A stretch of 64,000 nt of DNA, from the NCBI RefSeq assembly GCF_009914755.1, contig NC_060925.1, one strand, 5' to 3'. Positions 58,535 through 64,000 of the stretch are shown here, one piece after another. The position numbers and the translations under genes are program-made. Within the stretch, counting starts at the first letter, position 1. The number at the start of each line of letters is the position of its first letter. The notes below the pieces were generated by a model that ran no database searches, was not told where the DNA came from, and was given only the letters and a program-made list of their open reading frames with translations. Source of the stretch: the human T2T-CHM13v2.0 reference genome, Homo sapiens.

Positions 58535-58670
58535 TTCTTTTTCCTAAGTGCATGTGGGAACCTGATTCCTTTTGGTAGGTGCGGAGAAACTTTCATCGGT
58601 CCGGTCCACAGAAACGCTTGTTCAGCTCCCTGACGATTGGTGAGTTGTCTGTGTATTGTCCAGGGTAACT

Positions 58671-60235
58671 ATGGGTCATGTGGAGTCTAAACATTATGCT
58701 TATCTCTGCTATATTAAACTCCTGTTAAAACAGGGAGGAGTTCGGGTACCCATGGAAAATATTGTCACCCTATCCAGGGTGGTGGAAGAACACTGTCTTT
58801 GGTTTCCTGAAAAGGGAATGTTAAATGTGGAACTATGGGATCATGTTGGTGGAAAATTCCAGGAACTGGTCCTGACAGAAAATTATGTTCCCGTCACTGT
58901 TTGGGTGATTGGGCCTTGGTACATGCCATTCTAATGACATACCAATCCTGTGACCCCCTGCAGTTACCACAGTTTTCTGAATCTGGCAACCCTCTACCTC
59001 TTCCTCAGTTTCCCTCTCCCACTCAGCCTTCGTTATCTGCTCAGCCTCTCCGTTTGCCTACTCCTCACCCACCTGAAGATATTGAAGATTCAATATCTAA
59101 CTCCGGTGACTTTGGCTTAACATCACCCCCTGATGATCTTATTTCTTTTCACGAGAAGCCAGTACTTGTAGCTCCCATGGCCCTGACTTGGACAGCCTGG
59201 GACCATATCTATGCTAACTCTTCCCTCTCCAAACCTTTGCAGCCTTTGCCTCCGGAGCCATCTGATGGCTCCGGGACCAGACTACAATTTACCTGTAATT
59301 CTGCAGGCCCTCCTCCGTCCACCACAGCCCCTCACCCTCCTGTTATTTCGGTCCCTCAACTGGTCACTTTGCCATCCACTCAACCTGCTTCTCTGTACCC
59401 TTCCTCATGCAGGGACACCCCTGTCATTCTGGTTGCACAGGATTGGGACAATAATCACCAGTATGCTTCTGCCTCTTCTGCTCCTCCAGTGCCCCTTTCT
59501 CATGCTCTCATACTGGTCTGACCTCCTCAACCTCAGTTTCCCTTATCTACACATACTTTTTCTGTCACTTCTATGCTGATTCCATCTCATGTGCCTGTTC
59601 TTGAAACTTCCATGCAACGCTTATTATACTAGAACAAAGAAACAAGTGGATTAGAGGCATGGGCTTATCCAGTTGTGCTGGAACCTCCCAATGCTCAAGG
59701 GGTATAAGTGCATCGATATCCGCTGCTCAATCTTACCTTTTTAAAAGAATTCAAGGATGCTTGTACTCAGTATGGTCCTACTTCTCCATATGTTAAAATG
59801 GTATTACAGACCCTTTGTACTGAGTTCATTTTGCTTCCTTGAGACTGGGACCTTTTGGCAAAAGCTGTTCTAACTCCATCTCAGCATTTACAATTCTGTA
59901 TCTGGTGATCAGAGGAGGCCCGTCTGCAGGCTCAGCTAAATTGGGCTTATGGCATTCCAATTACTCAGGCTCAGCTCACAGGCTCTGATAATTACTCTCA
60001 CACTACCGCCCAATTAGGCTTTGATGCTCTCACCATGGAACAAGTAACAAAGGTGTGTATGAGAGCTTGGGATAGATTAAGTGCCCTGGGCCAAGCTCCT
60101 GTTTCTTTTACTACTGTTAAACAGGGTCACAATGAATTATATCTTGATTTTTTGGGTAAATTACAAGATGCTGTTGAAAAATCTGTCTCTGATGAGTGCA
60201 CTCAAGGTATTCTCCTTCGTATGTTAGCTTTTAAG
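58671..60235 (+). pseudogene. gag: HML-8 gag (MA, Pro-rich region, CA), frameshifted, with stops; NC absent
   Basis: MGHVESKHYAYLCYIKLLLKQGGV...WFPEKG (beta-type MA, Gly2); major homology region VKQGHNELYLDFLGKLQDAV. Confidence 0.9.
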
Positions 60236-60900
60236 ATCACAGTTCATACTGGTCTCATTAATTCTGATTCCTCTGTTGAGATTAAACTTATGGTGTCTGC
60301 AAGGTTCCTGTTTCCATTCTGGCTGGTGAGTCAATTGCTCAATCACTTTTACTACCTAATATTGTTTTAAACAAAGGAGATAAGACACAGGGCCCTGGGA
60401 TGGGCTCCAGCAGTGAAAAAGCTGCTTATTAGATTAATGTAATTTCTAAACAATGGCCCACCTGCACCATACACATTCAAGGAAAAAAGTTTGAGGGCAT
60501 AGTAGATACTGGGGCTGATGTTTCTATTATTTCCTCTAATTTATGGCTTCCTCCTGGCTTAAACATCCCACTAACGTGGGACTAGTAGGTGTTGGAAAAG
60601 CTGATGAAGTTCACCAGAGCACATTTATCTTGCCTTGCACTGGCCCTGATGGTCAAAAGGGTACAATTCAGCCTTATATCACACCAATCCCCATTAATCT
60701 TTGGGGTAGAGATTTGCCGGCACAAAGGTGGGCTGAAATTAATATTCCACATCACTCTTACGGTGCTCCCAGTCAGCATATAATGAAAAACATGGGGTTT
60801 GTTCCCAGACTTGGTCTCAGTCCAAGACATGAAGGAATTACTAAAGCTCTTCAAGTTACTGTAAAAGAAGACAGGGCTGGTTTAGGTTATCCTTTTCAAT
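60236..60900 (+). pseudogene. pro: HML-8 pro: truncated dUTPase, aspartyl protease, G-patch; disrupted
   Basis: VHTGLINSD (dUTPase motif 3); VDTGADVS at 60502-60525; NLWGRD; MKNMGFVPRLGL (G-patch). Confidence 0.9.
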
Positions 60901-63310
60901 GGCGGCCACTGCTTGCCTCCTAATCCTGTTCCCCTACAATGGAAATCTGAAGCACCTGTCTGGATTGAGCAGCGGCCACTCTCTAAAGAAAAACTGGAGG
61001 CTTTAACTCAATTGGTTTCTGAACAGTTACAACTTGGAAATGTGGAATCTTCTCTTTCCCCCTGGAATTCTCCTGTGTTTCTAGTAACAAAGAAATCAGG
61101 CAAGTGGAGGATGGTAACTGATTTAAGGGCCATTAATGCTGTAATTAAACCTATGGGTGCCATCCAACCTGGCGTGCCTGCCCCTGCTTTAATACCTAAG
61201 AATTGGCCTCTCATAGTTATTGATCTTAAAGACTCCCTACCATCTGCCAGCTTTATGTTGGACAGGTGCTTTCTCCAGTTCGAGCTCAATTTCCCCAGGC
61301 CTATATGCTTCATTATATTGATGATATATTAATTGCTGCCCCCACTGATAAATAATTAATTGACTGTTATCAATTTTTGAGTCACCGTGTTACAGAGGCT
61401 GGTTTACACATCACTCAGGATAAAATTCAACAGACCACTCCTGTTCAATATTTAGGAATGGTGGTCAATAAAGAATGTATTCAACCTCAAAAGGTTCAGA
61501 TTAGGAGAGATTCTTTAAAAACCTTTAATGATTTCCAAAAACTTTTGGGTAACATTAATTATTTAAGATCTACTTTAGGCATTCCAACATATGCGCTGTC
61601 TAACTTGTTTTCTACATTGTGTGGAAATTCCAATCTCCACAGTCCCAGGACTTTGACCCCTGAGACTTCACTGGAACTGGAATTCATGGAGGAAAGAATC
61701 CACACTGCCCAGTTGTCTAGGGTACAGCCATCTCAGCCTTTTCAGCTTCTGGTTTTCACTTCATTGCACTCCCCTACTGGGCTAATAGTTCAACATAATG
61801 ATTTAGTGGAACGGTGTTTTTTTCCTCATTCTGTGTCAAAAACTTTATCTGTTTGTCTGGACCAAATGGCCACCCTAATTGGACAAGCTCGGTGTAGAAT
61901 ACTTAAAATTTCTGGATTTGATCCGAATTTAATTGTGGTTCCTTTAAATCAGCTCAAAGTTCAGGCTGCTTTTCAACATTCCATACTGTGGCAAATTCAC
62001 TTGGCTGATTTTATCAGTGTTATTGACAATCGTTATCCAAAAAACAAATTGTTTGATTTTATAAAAATGACTTCTTGGGTGGTCCCTCGATTGACCAAAG
62101 ATCAGCCTATTCCTGAGGCCGTTACAGTGTTCACGGAGAGCTCCAGTAATGGAAATGCTGGTTATGTGGGTCCTACAGACAAGCTTATTTCTAACCCTTA
62201 TACCTCTGCTCAGAAGGCAGGGTTAATTGCTGTAATTACTGCCTTACAGGATTTCCCCAAACCTTTAAATATTGTCTCTGATTCTGCTTATGTTGTACAT
62301 GCCACTAAAAATATAGAAACTGCTACTATCAAACATGCTAATAATTCTGAATTGGCTTCTTTATTTTCAAGGTTACAACAGGTGGTTCACCAATGTAGAC
62401 ACCATTTCTATATTACACGTATTAGATCTCATACCACTTTACCGGGACCCATGTCTGCTAGTAACCATAAGGCCGACTGTTTGGTCTCTTTTGCTATCCA
62501 AGAGGCTCACGAGTTCCATAATCTCACTCATGTCAATGCTGCTGGATTAAAAGATAAATTTGCTCTCACCTGGAAGGAGGCTAAGCTTATTGTCCACTGC
62601 TGTCTTCAGTGCCAAGTTTTTGTACTTCCAAATCAGGAACCTGGCATTAATCCCAGAGGCCTAACTCCTAATGATTTATGGCAGATGGATGTGACTCATG
62701 TTAGCTCTTTTGGCAGACTTTCATATGTACATGTTTCTGTGGATACCTTTTCAGGTTTTATTTGGGCTCCTTGCAAAACAGGGGAAGGCACACCCCATGT
62801 TAAAAAGACATCTGTATTCTTGCTTTGCAGTTATGGGGCTTCCATATCAGATAAAGACAGACAACACCCCTGGATATATTAGTAAGGCTTTTGATTTATT
62901 TATGCAACAATGGGGAATTTCCCATATTATCAGAATCCCTTACAATCCTAAGGGACAGGCTGTGGTGGAATGGGCCAATCGCACTTTAAAAACTCAGTTG
63001 TCCAAACAGTCTGAGCAACAAAACCATAATTTAACCACTCCCCAATCCCAATTACATTTAGCATTGTTACTTTAAACTTTCTAAATGTTCCTAAAGACAA
63101 TACTCTGACCGCAGCTGAAAGCCATTACACAGGCAAAAAATTCTCCCTAAATGAAGGCAAGCCAGTGTTATGGAAAAACTCCCAAACCAATACCTGGGAA
63201 CCTGGAACAATTGTAACATGGGGAAGAGGTTATGTTTACGTTTCACCAGGAGATCATCAATCCCCTGTCTGGGTGCCCACTAAGAGGCTGAAACTTCATG
63301 TGAATACTAA
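60890..63310 (+). pseudogene. pol: HML-8 pol (RT, RNase H, IN), defective
   Basis: [30 protein letters not shown] at 61314-61325, TAA at 61353; RNase H SDSAY; IN H-H-C-C, WQMDVTH, KTDN, frameshift at ~62805; C-terminal WGRGY...WVP. Confidence 0.93.
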
Positions 63311-64000
63311 CAATGAAAACCACAGGGAAGAGACATCTGCATCAGAGACCGCCCTCATACCTGGTGAGATCTGTGCCGACTCCTCAGAAACTGGCATGCC
63401 AAATCAAGAGAGTCTGATTCAATCCTCCCTAATGGCAACGGAGACCCCTCTAACTAATCCCACTTCTCCTAATTGCCTTTCTTTTTCTCCCTACGAACCT
63501 AAAAATCTTACCATTTCTATTAGCTTAAAAATAACATCCCCTTGTTCTCTTCCTCCTTCAGCACTGGATCTCACTTACAATAGGTTTTATTTAATAATTC
63601 TCCTCCTTATACTTTCTGTCTCACCAGTTTCCCCTCATACTGATTTACCTGCTAAACAAAATTATTCTTATTGGGCTTATGTGCCTTTTCCTCCACTTAT
63701 CTGACCTCTCCCCTGGATGGATGCTCCTGCAGAAATCTATACTAACGATAGTGTGTGGATGCCTGGAGCTACAGATGACTGTTTCCCCACTCAACCAGAA
63801 GAAAACACTGCATTTAATGTTACTATGGGTTATAAATACCCTCCTCTGTGCCTTGGACATGCACCTGGTTGGATCCATCTAGAAACTCAAGTCTGGGCTG
63901 CTTATCTTCTGGAGAGATTAGCTACAGGGGAACAGGGACATTTGGTCTCTGGCCTCTCCCTTTCTCCTTTAAGACAAATGAAAAGGGGAGTAATAGGAGA
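63310..64000 (+). pseudogene. env: HML-8 env 5' part (leader/signal and SU start), premature stop, cut by the window end
   Basis: Hydrophobic FYLIILLLILSVSPVS followed by NYSYWAYVPFPPLI*, then IYTNDSVWMPG, typical of HML SU. Confidence 0.85.

Larger units (their letters stand above)
57428..64000 (+). mobile_element. HERV-K11 / HML-8 betaretrovirus-like provirus, defective, continuing past the window end
   Basis: MER11 LTR, PBS, then gag-pro-pol-env in order; inserted into an antisense L2 tail (ttcattcatttgttcaacaaa|tgttgcggg). Confidence 0.93.

Noticed and set aside
63165-63704. 179-aa ORF as a possible accessory (Rec/Np9-like) gene
   Set aside because: Explained by the IN C-terminus running into the env leader frame and ending at a TGA within SU; no Arg-rich NLS or supported splice structure seen.

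Overview
This is primate genomic DNA, human or great ape, judged from AluJ/AluS elements, a young L1PA2-type insertion, THE1A and a MER11/HERV-K11 provirus. It is not microbial. Most of the window is interspersed repeat, and no intact host protein-coding gene is recognisable. Every long ORF I can assign comes from a transposable element. Main landmarks: a CpG/GC-rich island at ~1.3-1.9 kb, a full-length THE1A (5109-7409), a young L1 3' fragment fused into ORF1 of an older 4.3-kb L1 (8369-13222), a 5'-inverted L1PA2 in an Alu tail (36798-38386), a fragmented LTR16/ERVL provirus with nested insertions (41581-~46195), and the 5' part of a defective HML-8 provirus (57428 to the window end). Unexplained local structures are a 46-bp perfect palindrome, a ~120-bp dispersed duplication, a perfect 53-bp tandem duplication, a tailless Alu fragment and a few splice-flanked candidate exons. 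I found no convincing undescribed biological system. Repeat subfamily calls rest on remembered consensus diagnostics and need RepeatMasker/Dfam confirmation.
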